64,000 nucleotides of DNA from a candidate division WOR-3 bacterium (GCA_016926475.1 JAFGON010000021.1:9626-73625), one strand, 5' to 3'; positions 1-10,321 are shown, counted from the stretch's first letter. Made by a program: numbers and translations. Notes: generated by a model not told the origin, from the letters alone.

Positions 1-1571
1 GCAGCAGACTCGTTTTCAACTATCATTTGCCTTAGCTTTTTGGAGACGGGCATCACTTCTGTAATCGCGACCCTTCCCTTGTATCCAGTGTTGTTGCAAT
101 TTCCGCAGCCTCTGCCTTTGTAAAAGGTTGAATTTTGTATTTCTTCGTCGCTCAATCCGATGTCTTTGAGAAACTTTTCAGGATAGACAAAGGGAGCCTT
201 GCAGTTCGGGCAGATTTTCCTGACAAGCCTTTGAGCCTGAATTAGATTTAAAGAAGCTGCGACAAGAAAAGATTTCACTCCCATATCTATCAACCTGTTT
301 ACAGTCGAAGGTGCGTCGTTCGTGTGAATGGTGGAAAGAACAAGCTGGCCAGCTAAAGCAGCTCTTATAGCTATTTCACCAGTTTCTGTGTCTCTTATCT
401 CGCCGACCATTATGATATCTGGAGCGTGCCTGAGAATAGCCCTCAAAGCGTCGGGGAAATTGAAATCTATTTCAGCGTGGATGGGGACTTGGTTTATACC
501 CCTGATGTTGTATTCAACAGGATCCTCTACGGTCACAATCTGTATATTTGGCCTGTTCAACCTGCTGAGCGCGGAATACAGCGTGGTGGATTTGCCGCTA
601 CCTGTCGGGCCTGTAATTAGAATTATTCCGTAGGGTCTGTCCAGGGATTCTTCAAATTTTTTTCGCGAAAATTCTGAAAAGCCGAGGTCTTTCAAGTCTA
701 CCATTAAGCTGCTCTTGTCCAAAATCCTCATGACAACTTTTTCACCGACAACCGTAGCAATAATACTCACCCTGAGGTCTATGTCCCTACCTCTGTATCT
801 CCACTGGATCCTTCCGTCCAGCGGTTTATAATGCTCGGAAATATCCATCTTTGCGAGGATCTTTATTCTTTGAATTATCGCCATACTGAATTTACCAGGC
901 GCGTCGACGACTTCCTGCAGAACGCCGTCAATCCTCATCCTCACCCTCTGTCTTTTTCCGATGAACTCGATGTGAATGTCGCTCGCCTTTCTCGCTATCG
1001 CGTCGTCTATTATGTATTTGACGAAATCAGCGGCTTGAGAAGATGTGCCGAATGAGAGTTCCTCCTCGTACTCCTCCTCTTCTAATTCTAAGTCTCCCCT
1101 CTCTTTTTCCGCTGCCGCCTGTGATTCAAGAGATACCAACCCTCCTTTTATAGTGAAATACTTGTCGAGGTATTTCTGCATCTGGCTGTCACGGATAAAA
1201 TACCTTTCCGGATTCAGACCTGTAAGAAAACTGACTTCAGAAACAGCTTCTTCATCTAGGGGATTCACCATTCCAAGTGTGAGGTTTTTGCCTTTTCTGC
1301 TGACAGGAAATATTCTGTACTTATTGGCGATTTCTGGTGTTATCAAATTCAATACCGAAGGGTCCGGGTTTATTTCGGTTAAATCAAGAGGTTTGAAATC
1401 GTATTCTTTCGCTAAAAAAGACATGAGTCTCTGTTCAGTTATGTGGCCGCTTTTTATCAATATCGCAGTTTCGGTGTCTCCTGTTTCCTGTTTTTTCTCC
1501 TCAATGGCGTTGATCTGGCTTTTTGTGATTAGTCTCGCGTTAAGTAGGGCGTTTAAAAGTTCCTTTGCCAT
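1..1571 (-). CDS. GspE/PilB-family secretion/pilus assembly ATPase (3' partial at window edge; start ATG overlaps upstream stop by 1 nt)
   Basis: Minus-strand translation from 1571 starts MAKELLNALLNARLITKSQ (GSPII_E N-domain-like), contains Walker A LITGPTGSGKSTTLYSAL, and ends with a tetracysteine CPNCK...CGNC; plus-strand ORFs 328-1593 are shadow ORFs. Confidence 0.8.
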   Translation of the reverse strand, partial: MAKELLNALLNARLITKSQINAIEEKKQETGDTETAILIKSGHITEQRLMSFLAKEYDFKPLDLTEINPDPSVLNLITPEIANKYRIFPVSRKGKNLTLGMVNPLDEEAVSEVSFLTGLNPERYFIRDSQMQKYLDKYFTIKGGLVSLESQAAAEKERGDLELEEEEYEEELSFGTSSQAADFVKYIIDDAIARKASDIHIEFIGKRQRVRMRIDGVLQEVVDAPGKFSMAIIQRIKILAKMDISEHYKPLDGRIQWRYRGRDIDLRVSIIATVVGEKVVMRILDKSSLMVDLKDLGFSEFSRKKFEESLDRPYGIILITGPTGSGKSTTLYSALSRLNRPNIQIVTVEDPVEYNIRGINQVPIHAEIDFNFPDALRAILRHAPDIIMVGEIRDTETGEIAIRAALAGQLVLSTIHTNDAPSTVNRLIDMGVKSFLVAASLNLIQAQRLVRKICPNCKAPFVYPEKFLKDIGLSDEEIQNSTFYKGRGCGNCNNTGYKGRVAITEVMPVSKKLRQMIVENESA

Positions 1572-3280
1572 CAGAGCTCCGCCGTTTCTTTGACCACTTC
1601 TTCAATATCTGTCTCTCCCGATAGAACTGACTGCAACCCGTGTTCTCTGAGAGAAAGCATGCCTTCTTCGATAGCCGCTTTGTTGAGTTCGTCAGCAGTC
1701 ACTCTGTTTAGGACCATCTCTTTGAGACGAGGTGACATATACATCACTTCAAATATGGCTCTTCGCCCTGAATAGCCTGTTTTTTGACATTGCTCGCACC
1801 CAACTCCTTTAAAAAGAGCGACTTTGTTGAATCTTTCAGGTTCGACGCCAATTTCCTTTAGGACATGTTCGGATATTCTTATCTGCCTTTTGCAGTGCGG
1901 ACAGGTTTTTTTTATAAGCCTTTGAGCGACCACCAGAGTCAATGTAGAAGCTATCAAAAAAGGTTCCACACCCATGTCGATAAGCCTCGTCACAGTCGCA
2001 GCGGCTGTATTGCTGTGAACGGAAGACATGACAAGGTGCCCCGTCAAAGAAGCCCTGACGGCGATTTCAGCGGTTTCTCTGTCTCTTATCTCTCCGACCA
2101 TTATGACGTTTGGATCCTGCCTGAGATAAGCTCTAAGGGCAGATGCAAAAGTCAGTCCGGCTTCGGTTTTCATCTGTACTTGGTTTATACCTTGAAGTAC
2201 GTATTCCACCGGATCTTCAGCGGTGGTTATATTTATTTCGACGCTGTTGATATGAGTCATGGCCGCATACAGAGTTGTCGTCTTGCCGCACCCTGACGGA
2301 CCGCTGACAACTATTATCCCATAGGGGTTGCTTATCGCTTTTTTGAAGTAGTCAAAACCGTGTGTATCCATTCCCAATTCGTCGATTTTGAAGCTGACAT
2401 TAGACTTATCGAGAACTCTTACTGCGATTTTCTCGCCGAATATAGTCGGTATAACTGCCATTCTGAAATCCACCAGTTTGCTCCCCGATTTCATCGTCAA
2501 TCTTCCGTCTTGAGGTCTTCTCCTCTCGTCAGGTTTCATGCCTCCTAAAAGTTTTATGTATGTTGTGATACTCTGTCCGAGAGCAAAATTCGGTGAAGCT
2601 ATTTCGTGAAGTATGCCGTCTATTCTGAACCTGACTCTCAGTTCCTTTTCATAGGGCTCTATGTGAAAATCTGAGCTTTTCTTGTCGACAGCCATTTTTA
2701 GCATTTTTGACACGAACTGCTGAGCTGGCGCTTTGGATTCGCTTTCAAGTCTGTCAAGGTCCATGATTCCTTTTCCGATCTCGATCGAATCTGCGCCCTG
2801 CAGGACTTCGGTGTCCTCGATAGCTTCAACTTTTGAAGCCACAACGTCCAATGCCCCCTGAACCTTGTAATATTTAGCAAGGGCGTTTTGAATCGCTATT
2901 TCAGCGGCGATCAGGGGCTCTACGTCGTATCCGACGCCAAACCTCACGGCTTCTATTGCTCCTTGGTCAAAAGGATTGACCATGGCCATTCTCAAGGTCT
3001 TTCCGACCCTAGAAATCGGTATAAACTGGTATTTGATAGCCATGTTGGCCGGAATAAGCTTAATAATGTTTCTGTCGAGATTTAAGTTGCCTATTTCTAT
3101 GCCGGGTACATGGAGTTTATTCCCTAAAGCTTTGACAAGTTGGGCTTCTTTTACATACCCGAGATGAATCAGGATACTACCGAGTTTTCCTGTGCCTCTT
3201 CTCTTTTGTTCTATGAGAGATTTTTGAAGTTGATCTTCGGTGATCAGCTTTTCTTCAACTAAGATTTCTCCAATTTTCAT
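1571..3280 (-). CDS. pilB: Type IV pilus/type II secretion assembly ATPase PilB/GspE
   Basis: 569 aa; N-terminal GspII_E_N-like domain, Walker A GPSGCGKTTT, C-terminal CPHCK...CEQC zinc motif. Confidence 0.85.
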   Translation of the reverse strand: MKIGEILVEEKLITEDQLQKSLIEQKRRGTGKLGSILIHLGYVKEAQLVKALGNKLHVPGIEIGNLNLDRNIIKLIPANMAIKYQFIPISRVGKTLRMAMVNPFDQGAIEAVRFGVGYDVEPLIAAEIAIQNALAKYYKVQGALDVVASKVEAIEDTEVLQGADSIEIGKGIMDLDRLESESKAPAQQFVSKMLKMAVDKKSSDFHIEPYEKELRVRFRIDGILHEIASPNFALGQSITTYIKLLGGMKPDERRRPQDGRLTMKSGSKLVDFRMAVIPTIFGEKIAVRVLDKSNVSFKIDELGMDTHGFDYFKKAISNPYGIIVVSGPSGCGKTTTLYAAMTHINSVEINITTAEDPVEYVLQGINQVQMKTEAGLTFASALRAYLRQDPNVIMVGEIRDRETAEIAVRASLTGHLVMSSVHSNTAAATVTRLIDMGVEPFLIASTLTLVVAQRLIKKTCPHCKRQIRISEHVLKEIGVEPERFNKVALFKGVGCEQCQKTGYSGRRAIFEVMYMSPRLKEMVLNRVTADELNKAAIEEGMLSLREHGLQSVLSGETDIEEVVKETAEL

Positions 3281-3435
3281 ATATCAAAAAAATTATTAAA
3301 TGCCTTTATACTTTTGTCAATTAAATTCACAAAACCAATTTACAGTTTTGGTCTTTATTTTTATCCAAATTTTACTGATTTTATCTAAATTTCATGGGTT
3401 TGAGATACGTTCTAATCTACCTTTTTGAGTTCTGT

Positions 3436-3897
3436 CTATAAAGTTATCAAATTTTCAATTTTCGAAAATTTTACCGGACCTATGCCCCTCACTTTCTGCA
3501 GATCACTTGCATGCTGAAAATTTCCATGCTCGTTTCTGTATTCAACTATTCTTTGAGCGATAACCGGTCCAATTCCAGGCAGCTTTTCAAATTCGTGAGC
3601 CTGGGCGGTGTTTATATTAACCAACAGGGTTATGGGAATTTGACACAAGACCGAATCAGACCTCAAGGGGTTTTCGACGGCCTCAACGCTGTCGTTCAGG
3701 GATGAATCGCGTGTATCGAAAAAACGCTTCACATAGGCTCTATTGCTTAAAACCTCTATGGTTGACATTTCCTTTTCACCGTAGGATGAGAACCGAATAC
3801 CTTTTTTTTCTCTTAAAACAAGCCCTATGGTCCCTGCAAAAAAAATCAGCAGAATAGTTACGACGAGAATCAACTCATCTTTAGAAAGAGAACCCAT
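3436..3897 (-). CDS. comEA: ComEA-family competence protein (helix-hairpin-helix DNA receptor)
   Basis: N-terminal TM anchor; C-terminal NINTAQAHEFEKLPGIGPVIAQRIVEYR...LQKVRGIGPVKFSKI tandem HhH. Confidence 0.8.
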   Translation of the reverse strand: MGSLSKDELILVVTILLIFFAGTIGLVLREKKGIRFSSYGEKEMSTIEVLSNRAYVKRFFDTRDSSLNDSVEAVENPLRSDSVLCQIPITLLVNINTAQAHEFEKLPGIGPVIAQRIVEYRNEHGNFQHASDLQKVRGIGPVKFSKIENLITL

Positions 3898-4453
3898 ATT
3901 TTTTTGTCATGGAAAAAAAAAGGGTGAGTGGAAAACCTATCACGTTGTCCAACGGACCTCTGACGCTTTCTACCATAAAACTCCCGAAACCTTGAATGGC
4001 GTAGCCTCCCGCTTTATCTTTCCACTCTCCTGTCCTGATGTACAGTTTTATTTCTCTTTGGGAAAGCTCTTTGAAAACCACCGAGGTCTTCGAAACTTCT
4101 GTAATAAAATTATTCCCTAAACCACAGGTCATAGCCGTTAAGACCAAATGTTCTCTGGCAGAAAGTTTTTTCAGGTAGAGTTCTGCCTGCTTATCTGTTT
4201 TGGGTTTATTTAGGACTTCTCCGTCGATCGCGACAATCGTATCCGCGCTGACGACAAGATCGCTTTTTTTACACTTTTCGACAGAGTATAGAAATTTTTC
4301 TTCTGAAATTTTCCGGGCAAAATCCTCGGGGTCTTCCCCTTCTCCGGGAGTTTCGTCGATATCAGGTTCAACAACTGAAAAATCTACATTTAAAAATTCA
4401 AGAAAAAAACTCCGCCTGCTTGAGGCGGAGGCTAAACAAATATGACCGAGCAC
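3881..4453 (-). CDS. maf: Maf-like nucleoside triphosphate pyrophosphatase (septum formation protein)
   Basis: LASASSRR N-terminal motif and DKAGGYAIQG motif; overlaps comEA start by 17 nt. Confidence 0.8.
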   Translation of the reverse strand: MLGHICLASASSRRSFFLEFLNVDFSVVEPDIDETPGEGEDPEDFARKISEEKFLYSVEKCKKSDLVVSADTIVAIDGEVLNKPKTDKQAELYLKKLSAREHLVLTAMTCGLGNNFITEVSKTSVVFKELSQREIKLYIRTGEWKDKAGGYAIQGFGSFMVESVRGPLDNVIGFPLTLFFSMTKKYGFSF

Positions 4454-4461
4454 AAAGTTTT

Positions 4462-4743
4462 TTATTTCTTCTTGTCGACCACGGCTTTCAAAGAAGATGA
4501 AGGCGAGAAATGAGGAACTTTTTTCGCTTTGATCTTGATGATTTCCTGGGTTTGAGGATTTCTTCCCTTCCTAGCTTTTCTGCTTTTGACGCCGAATGTG
4601 CCGAATCCTACCAGCGTCACTTTTTTTCCCTTCTTCAGAGAGTCTTGGACGGCTCCGATGAAACTCTCAAGAGCTTTCTGAGACTGAGTTTTCGTCAATT
4701 TTGTTTCGGCGGCAATCCTATCAATCAATTCGCCTTTGTTCAT
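4462..4743 (-). CDS. hup: HU-family histone-like DNA-binding protein
   Basis: MNKGELIDRIA...VTLVGFGTF...RKARKGRNPQT...; ends in a Lys-rich tail. Confidence 0.9.
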   Translation of the reverse strand: MNKGELIDRIAAETKLTKTQSQKALESFIGAVQDSLKKGKKVTLVGFGTFGVKSRKARKGRNPQTQEIIKIKAKKVPHFSPSSSLKAVVDKKK

Positions 4744-4799
4744 TCTACCGACCTCCCTTTAAGGTTTTTTAACGCTTTCAATTATCTTAAAACCACAAA

Positions 4800-4818
4800 A
4801 CATTGTATTTGTCAATGT
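4800..4818. terminator. Weak hairpin (ACATTG-N7-CAATGT) with T-runs on both strands, between lptD 3' end and hup
   Basis: 6-bp inverted repeat followed by TTTTT on plus and TTTTG on minus; AT-rich, so weak. Confidence 0.25.
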
Positions 4819-4857
4819 TTTTTATACATTATTTGTTGATTTTTCTCATTTTTGACA

Positions 4858-6918
4858 TTAAATCCGAGGCACAAAAAAACTGACCATGCTCCTCATGACC
4901 CTGACATCTTGTATTGATTTTATTCTAATCGTAAAAGAATAACTCCACGCTTCGTTGAATTTTTGCCATGAAAAAAAAGCTTCCCAGCAATGAAGATCCC
5001 TGTAAACACTGAGTGATTGGTTGACCATGTTGTTTTTTTCGATGTCCCATCTCGCGCTGTATGTAACCTTCCAGTTATCTGTCGGGTGAATTCCTGCGGT
5101 GAACCAGACCTGTTGGTTTTTTGAAAGCCTGTCTTGAGTCATCGAATAGGAAGTCGTCAAACTCCATTGACGGTCAACATCCGAATAATAATATTTTTTT
5201 CCAATGTTTCCGGAAAGAAAAGATGTCAGATAGTATGAAGATGAAATCCTCTCTAATGTGTATGGGTCATACACCCATCTACAAGATATTGAAAATTTAT
5301 TTGAAAATCTGCTGTCAAAAGAAAGAGATATATCAGAAAAATTTTTTACACTTTTTTCAAAATCATAACTCGTAGAAGCTCCCAAAGAAAAAAGTTCAAA
5401 TCTGCTGATATTTTCGCCGTTTTGCCATTTCAATTGAAGGGACTGAGAAAGGTTCAAATTTAATTTTGACACTTTGGCGTCTGAAGAATATTCATAGGAG
5501 GTGTCCCCAAAACTTCCGTAAACTGTCCCTGGAGAATAAACGTAGGAAACGGAAGGATTCAACACATGCCTTATTCTCTGCAAAGAACCCGCGCTCCAAT
5601 TCGTCAAACCGTATATGAAAGTCGAGAGAGTCATGGAGGTTGACCAACTGCGGCTGTAAAAATACACATTCGCGGTATCGTACTTTTTTACCGTCCCGCT
5701 CATCGACAAGCCTGGGTTGAAATTGAAAAACCCTAAAACCTTGATCGGGTTTTGTAACCCTGCGTTCATGCTCATTTGATCAGTCTCCAAAGACCCTGTC
5801 GAGTCGTTTTGAATACCTCTATTGAATCTTCCAGAATTTGAAAAATAAAGGTTTAAAACATTGGCGGCAGCTAATATCCTCCTTGAAAACAAAGTATAAG
5901 ATATTTCCGGGAGACTGTATGAAACTCTTTCAGCGATAAGGTCTTCGCTTCTCAAAAGAAGCGCCTGCCCCGAAAGAAAACTCCAGTTCTTGGAAACCGA
6001 AAAATACGAAGACGTCCTTTTGTTTAAATCGACGAGAACATCCGTTCCGTAATCTATCCTGTATCTTTTGTCACTCTGCCAATCAGCTCTCGCCAGCATT
6101 CTCGTGCTCGAGTTTATCTGATGGAAATGGTTTCCCTCTATTCTCCATCTTTCAATTCCAGTGTTGGTCTCCCTTATGTACCCCAGACCAAAATTACCCG
6201 ACAGGAAAGGTTTGACAATATACATCCCAGCTGCATTGAACCTGACGCCTCTCTTTTCCATGATGTCGACCGAGAAGGTCATATCCGAATAATCGTTGAT
6301 TGCCCAAAAATAAGCGACGTTTTTCACGTATCTTCCATCGGTTGAACTGTTGCCTACGTTGGGGAACAGAAACCCGCTGTACCTGCCTCTTTTAATAGGA
6401 AAAAACCACCAGGGCAATGCGAAAACCGGCACGTTGCCTATATAAAGTATTACAGGTTCTGCGATGAGCATACCGTTCTGCTCTATGATCATCGCATTTC
6501 CCCAAAAGTGATAGTGAGGAGGGTCGTCTTCACAAGTGGTAAACGTCCCTTTTGTGACATACCAGAGATCGCTTTGAATCTGCCAGACAGTGTCTCCCGT
6601 GAAAAATCCCTCCGTTATGGCTGTTTTGCCGCCATCGACGATACCGTATTTTGTGTCTATGTTGAATACCATTCGTTCACCCGCAAGTTCTTGTTCTTTC
6701 TGCAGTATTTTCATGTTCCCTATGACTTCCACAACCTTTTCATCAGGGTAGTAAATTATGGTGTCTCCGTAAAGCTTGATATCTCCGTATTCGACGTACG
6801 CAGAGTCCGTAAGAATTATTTTTTTTAAATTCCAGTCGTAAGTCATCCTGCCGCATGAATAAGAAATGACTTCCGCCTGGCCGGTCAGAACTGCCAAGAT
6901 TAAAAACAGCAAATTCAT
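4858..6918 (-). CDS. lptD: LPS-assembly outer membrane protein LptD (OstA family)
   Basis: Signal peptide, OstA-like N-domain, FTTC motif, PWWFFPIKRG, long Tyr/Ser/Gly-rich beta-barrel region. Confidence 0.65.
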   Translation of the reverse strand: MNLLFLILAVLTGQAEVISYSCGRMTYDWNLKKIILTDSAYVEYGDIKLYGDTIIYYPDEKVVEVIGNMKILQKEQELAGERMVFNIDTKYGIVDGGKTAITEGFFTGDTVWQIQSDLWYVTKGTFTTCEDDPPHYHFWGNAMIIEQNGMLIAEPVILYIGNVPVFALPWWFFPIKRGRYSGFLFPNVGNSSTDGRYVKNVAYFWAINDYSDMTFSVDIMEKRGVRFNAAGMYIVKPFLSGNFGLGYIRETNTGIERWRIEGNHFHQINSSTRMLARADWQSDKRYRIDYGTDVLVDLNKRTSSYFSVSKNWSFLSGQALLLRSEDLIAERVSYSLPEISYTLFSRRILAAANVLNLYFSNSGRFNRGIQNDSTGSLETDQMSMNAGLQNPIKVLGFFNFNPGLSMSGTVKKYDTANVYFYSRSWSTSMTLSTFIYGLTNWSAGSLQRIRHVLNPSVSYVYSPGTVYGSFGDTSYEYSSDAKVSKLNLNLSQSLQLKWQNGENISRFELFSLGASTSYDFEKSVKNFSDISLSFDSRFSNKFSISCRWVYDPYTLERISSSYYLTSFLSGNIGKKYYYSDVDRQWSLTTSYSMTQDRLSKNQQVWFTAGIHPTDNWKVTYSARWDIEKNNMVNQSLSVYRDLHCWEAFFSWQKFNEAWSYSFTIRIKSIQDVRVMRSMVSFFVPRI

Positions 6919-8258
6919 TTTAACCCGTAGTATTTCATTTTTTCTCTTAGCGTGTTTCTGTGAATTTTCAATATCTGAGAAGCTTTCTGCAGGTTCCCCG
7001 AAGTCATGGAGAGCACTTTTTCAATTTGTTTTTTCTCCAATGCTTCAAGAGACAAATCTTCCGTGTCGCCGGTAAGGGACAGGTCTTGAGAATCAATCTC
7101 GGCTCCTCTCGACAGGACAAAAGCTCTCTGAAGAACATTTTCGAGTTCCCGGATATTTCCCGGCCAGTTTCCCGTGATTAGTCTTTTCTCGGCTTCCCAG
7201 GTCAACTTGAGCTCTTTTTTTTCTGGAATTTTGCTTGAAAGATTCTTTATTATCCTTCTCGCCAGTGGTATGATGTCTTCTCTTCTTTCTCTCAGAGGAG
7301 GTATTTCGATGTTTACGACGTTCAACCTATAAAACAAATCTTCCCTGAATTTTCCGTCTTTCATCTCCAGTGAGAGATTTCTGTTGGTCGCAGCTATAAT
7401 TCTGACGTCGGCTTCTATAGTCTTTTCTCCACCGAGCTTTTCGTATGTCCTCTCGGACAGAAACCTAAGAAGTTTCACCTGTATTAAAGGGGATATGTCT
7501 CCTATTTCGTCGAGAAAAAGTGTTCCGCCCTGGGCGAGTTCAAGCCTTCCTTTCCTCGCAGAAACCGCTCCTGTGTAAGCTCCTTTCTCCGAACCGAAGA
7601 GTTCCGCTTCAAGCAATGTGTCCGGTATCGCAGAGCAGTTTACGGCTATGAAAGGACTATTTTTTCTCAAAGAAAAGCTGTGTATCGCCCTTGCGACGAC
7701 TTCTTTCCCGACCCCGCTCTCTCCAGTCAATAGAACTGATATGTTGTAGTTTGCTACCCTTGATACCAAAGAGAGAACTTCCCTCATTTCCCTGCTTTGA
7801 GCGACTATAGGGTGTTCGGAAAATTCTTCCTCGTAAATTTCTTGAAGAGCTCTGCTTTCAATAACAATTTCGAATTCTTGCAGTGCCTTGCGCACGAGCT
7901 CGATTAAATCCTCAAGTCTTATGGGTTTTGTCATGTAGTAATAAGCGCCATACTTCATTGCTGTGACTGCGCTGTCTATATTTCCGTAAGCCGTGACTAG
8001 AACTACAGGAATCTCGGGGTTGGCTTTCCTGCAGTGTTCAAGTATTTGGATACCGTCCCTACCGTCTTTGAGCTTTTGGTCGGTTATCACCATGTCAAAA
8101 AGTTCAGCCTCGAAGAGGGATTTCGCTTCATCAAAATTTGATGCCGTACCTACTTCATAGCCTTCTCTTATCAAGGCTCCCGCCAAAAGAGACCTCTGGT
8201 CTTCTTCGTCGTCTACCACGAGAAGCTTGAATTTATTTTTCGTCTCGGTTTTTGACAT
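6915..8258 (-). CDS. Sigma-54-dependent response regulator (NtrC family; REC + AAA+ + HTH)
   Basis: LLVVDDE REC domain, GESGVGKEVVARAIH Walker A, GAYTGA, ESELFG, C-terminal Fis-type HTH. Confidence 0.9.
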   Translation of the reverse strand: MSKTETKNKFKLLVVDDEEDQRSLLAGALIREGYEVGTASNFDEAKSLFEAELFDMVITDQKLKDGRDGIQILEHCRKANPEIPVVLVTAYGNIDSAVTAMKYGAYYYMTKPIRLEDLIELVRKALQEFEIVIESRALQEIYEEEFSEHPIVAQSREMREVLSLVSRVANYNISVLLTGESGVGKEVVARAIHSFSLRKNSPFIAVNCSAIPDTLLEAELFGSEKGAYTGAVSARKGRLELAQGGTLFLDEIGDISPLIQVKLLRFLSERTYEKLGGEKTIEADVRIIAATNRNLSLEMKDGKFREDLFYRLNVVNIEIPPLRERREDIIPLARRIIKNLSSKIPEKKELKLTWEAEKRLITGNWPGNIRELENVLQRAFVLSRGAEIDSQDLSLTGDTEDLSLEALEKKQIEKVLSMTSGNLQKASQILKIHRNTLREKMKYYGLK

Positions 8259-10245
8259 TTTTAGAAAGAACTATTTTAAACATCGCGCCGTTATTACGTT
8301 TTTTTTCAACTTCAACCGAACCTTCATAATCTTCAGCGATTTTTTTCACTATATAAAGACCCAATCCGGTTCCCGAGGGAGAGGTGGTGAAATAAGGTTC
8401 AAAAATCTCCTCTGAATGTCTTTCGTCTATTCCATGTCCGTCGTCTTCGAAATATATAAGGACCTTTTCGCCCATCCCTGCAATGTTTATGCGGATGTTC
8501 TCAGCTCCCGCTTTGATTGAGTTGTCTATCAAATTGTCAAAAAGTCTGTAGAAATCTGTTTTATCACCTTTGATAACGATACTTTCGGAATCGCTTTGGG
8601 TTATCATGTTAACCGGCCCGTGAATTTTTTTCAAATCCGAAAGAACGACGAGAAGATCTACTTCTACACCTGAACTCTTCGAAGTTTTGGCGAACATCAG
8701 AAGGTTGCCGAGTTTTCTCTCGAGTGAATCGACAGCCGAAGACAGCATAGCCAAAATTGTCTTTCTCTCGTCCTCTTCTTTAAATTCAAATTCCCTTTGC
8801 AGCCTTTGAACCGCTATTGAAGCCGCGTTGAGAGGATTCCTCAGTTCATGGGCTATAGCTGAAGTCATTCGAGAGATATCCCTGATCTTCTCCTTTTCAC
8901 TTTGGAGTTCTTTTTCAATTTTAAAATACTTGAAATCTTTCAAAAACGACACGACCCCGATAATTTCATCGTTTTCTCGGAGCATAACGGTATCCAGTAA
9001 AAATTCCTCTTTTTTCCCTGAAGGTAAAACGATGTCGACTATGACGTCTTTCATTTCTCTCTCATTCTCGTAGGTTCTTTTTATGTGCAGTTCATCGTCC
9101 GGAAAAGACTCTCCGTATTTCATTTTTTTTTCGTCTTTGTTGCCTAACCCGAACAGTTGTCTTCCATATTCGTTTATCCTGAGAAATTTTCCCTGAGCGT
9201 TGACAATAAAAATGCCGTAATTGGAAGAATCGACAAGCTTCGTCGTGACACTCTCCGCCGAATGAAGTTCTCTTCTAAGCGAAAAATACCTTATTCCGAG
9301 TACAGATGCTATTATTGAGAGCAAAACCGCGAGCCAAAGAAAAAGAAACATAAACAGTATTCTGCCTCTGTAATCGCTTATTATTTTCTGGTAATCGTCG
9401 AGGTAGATACCTATTCTTATAACCCCTTTCGGGACTCCTTCATAACTCAAAGGTGAGATCACTTCGTAGATTCTTTTCCCTCGAAAATCCGTTTCTCTGA
9501 CGATTGGTTTTTGCAGTCTTACCGAAGAGAGCAAAACAGAATCTTCCTCGATTTTGCAAAGTTGGGTTATCTTTCCGGAAGCGGATATTATACCTTCAAA
9601 ACCCTGAACGGCCACGTAAGCAAAGCCAGGTGAAGTTCCGACGTCTTTGACCAGTTTCGAAACAGAAGCGTAGGACATGACCGACGCGACCCATGATTCA
9701 TCGAGATAAACCACCACTGCTCCGTTGTCATCGGTTCTTACAGCGGCAAGTTTGAAACTCCTGAAAGGAATTCCGATTATGGAATCTGCTCTTTCGGTCG
9801 ACCAAATGATTATTTCGTTTCTCTTCCCGCTGGTGAGAAATTTCAAACCGGGGTAATAAGGTATTTCAAGGTCTTCAGATGAAGATACGGTCACTCTTCC
9901 AGTGCTGTCGAGAATGTCTATTCTCGCCAAATTATTTTCAATAACGACACTTTTGAGATCTTCGGCGGTAATCTGCGGGTTTTTTTCTATTATGTGCGCG
10001 GTTGATATGGCGAACAACTTTAGTAGTTTTTCCTTTACCTGCCCCGACGAATACAACTGCTGTATGCTTTGGTTGTAAGCTTCGGAGAGAGCGAGAAGCT
10101 CCTTTTCGGTCATAGACAAAACAGCCTTTTCTCCGTTGTCCATGAGCAACATTGAAAACCAGATCATGAGAAATGAGACAGGCACGAGAATTACAAACAC
10201 GACAGGATAAAGAGGAATTGAAAAACCGCTCTTTTTAAAAAACAA
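8233..10245 (-). CDS. Sensor histidine kinase (2 TM, periplasmic sensor, PAS, HisKA, HATPase_c)
   Basis: H-box AHELRNPLNA, N/G-box DDGHGI...GTGLGL; stop overlaps the regulator start by 26 nt. Confidence 0.85.
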   Translation of the reverse strand: MFFKKSGFSIPLYPVVFVILVPVSFLMIWFSMLLMDNGEKAVLSMTEKELLALSEAYNQSIQQLYSSGQVKEKLLKLFAISTAHIIEKNPQITAEDLKSVVIENNLARIDILDSTGRVTVSSSEDLEIPYYPGLKFLTSGKRNEIIIWSTERADSIIGIPFRSFKLAAVRTDDNGAVVVYLDESWVASVMSYASVSKLVKDVGTSPGFAYVAVQGFEGIISASGKITQLCKIEEDSVLLSSVRLQKPIVRETDFRGKRIYEVISPLSYEGVPKGVIRIGIYLDDYQKIISDYRGRILFMFLFLWLAVLLSIIASVLGIRYFSLRRELHSAESVTTKLVDSSNYGIFIVNAQGKFLRINEYGRQLFGLGNKDEKKMKYGESFPDDELHIKRTYENEREMKDVIVDIVLPSGKKEEFLLDTVMLRENDEIIGVVSFLKDFKYFKIEKELQSEKEKIRDISRMTSAIAHELRNPLNAASIAVQRLQREFEFKEEDERKTILAMLSSAVDSLERKLGNLLMFAKTSKSSGVEVDLLVVLSDLKKIHGPVNMITQSDSESIVIKGDKTDFYRLFDNLIDNSIKAGAENIRINIAGMGEKVLIYFEDDGHGIDERHSEEIFEPYFTTSPSGTGLGLYIVKKIAEDYEGSVEVEKKRNNGAMFKIVLSKNVKNRDEK

Positions 10246-10321
10246 AACAGAAATCTCCCTTTGTCATTCTCACCTTACCAATAAAGTTTACTTCTATCAA
10301 AATTCAATATACCATACATAG

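Noticed and set aside
328-1593. Plus-strand ORFs (328-633, 426-620, 831-1055, 1045-1593) across the left end
   Set aside because: They are shadow ORFs antisense to a clear GspE/PilB-family gene (Walker A, tetracysteine) on the minus strand. That gene is not in the six-frame track only because it runs off the window edge.
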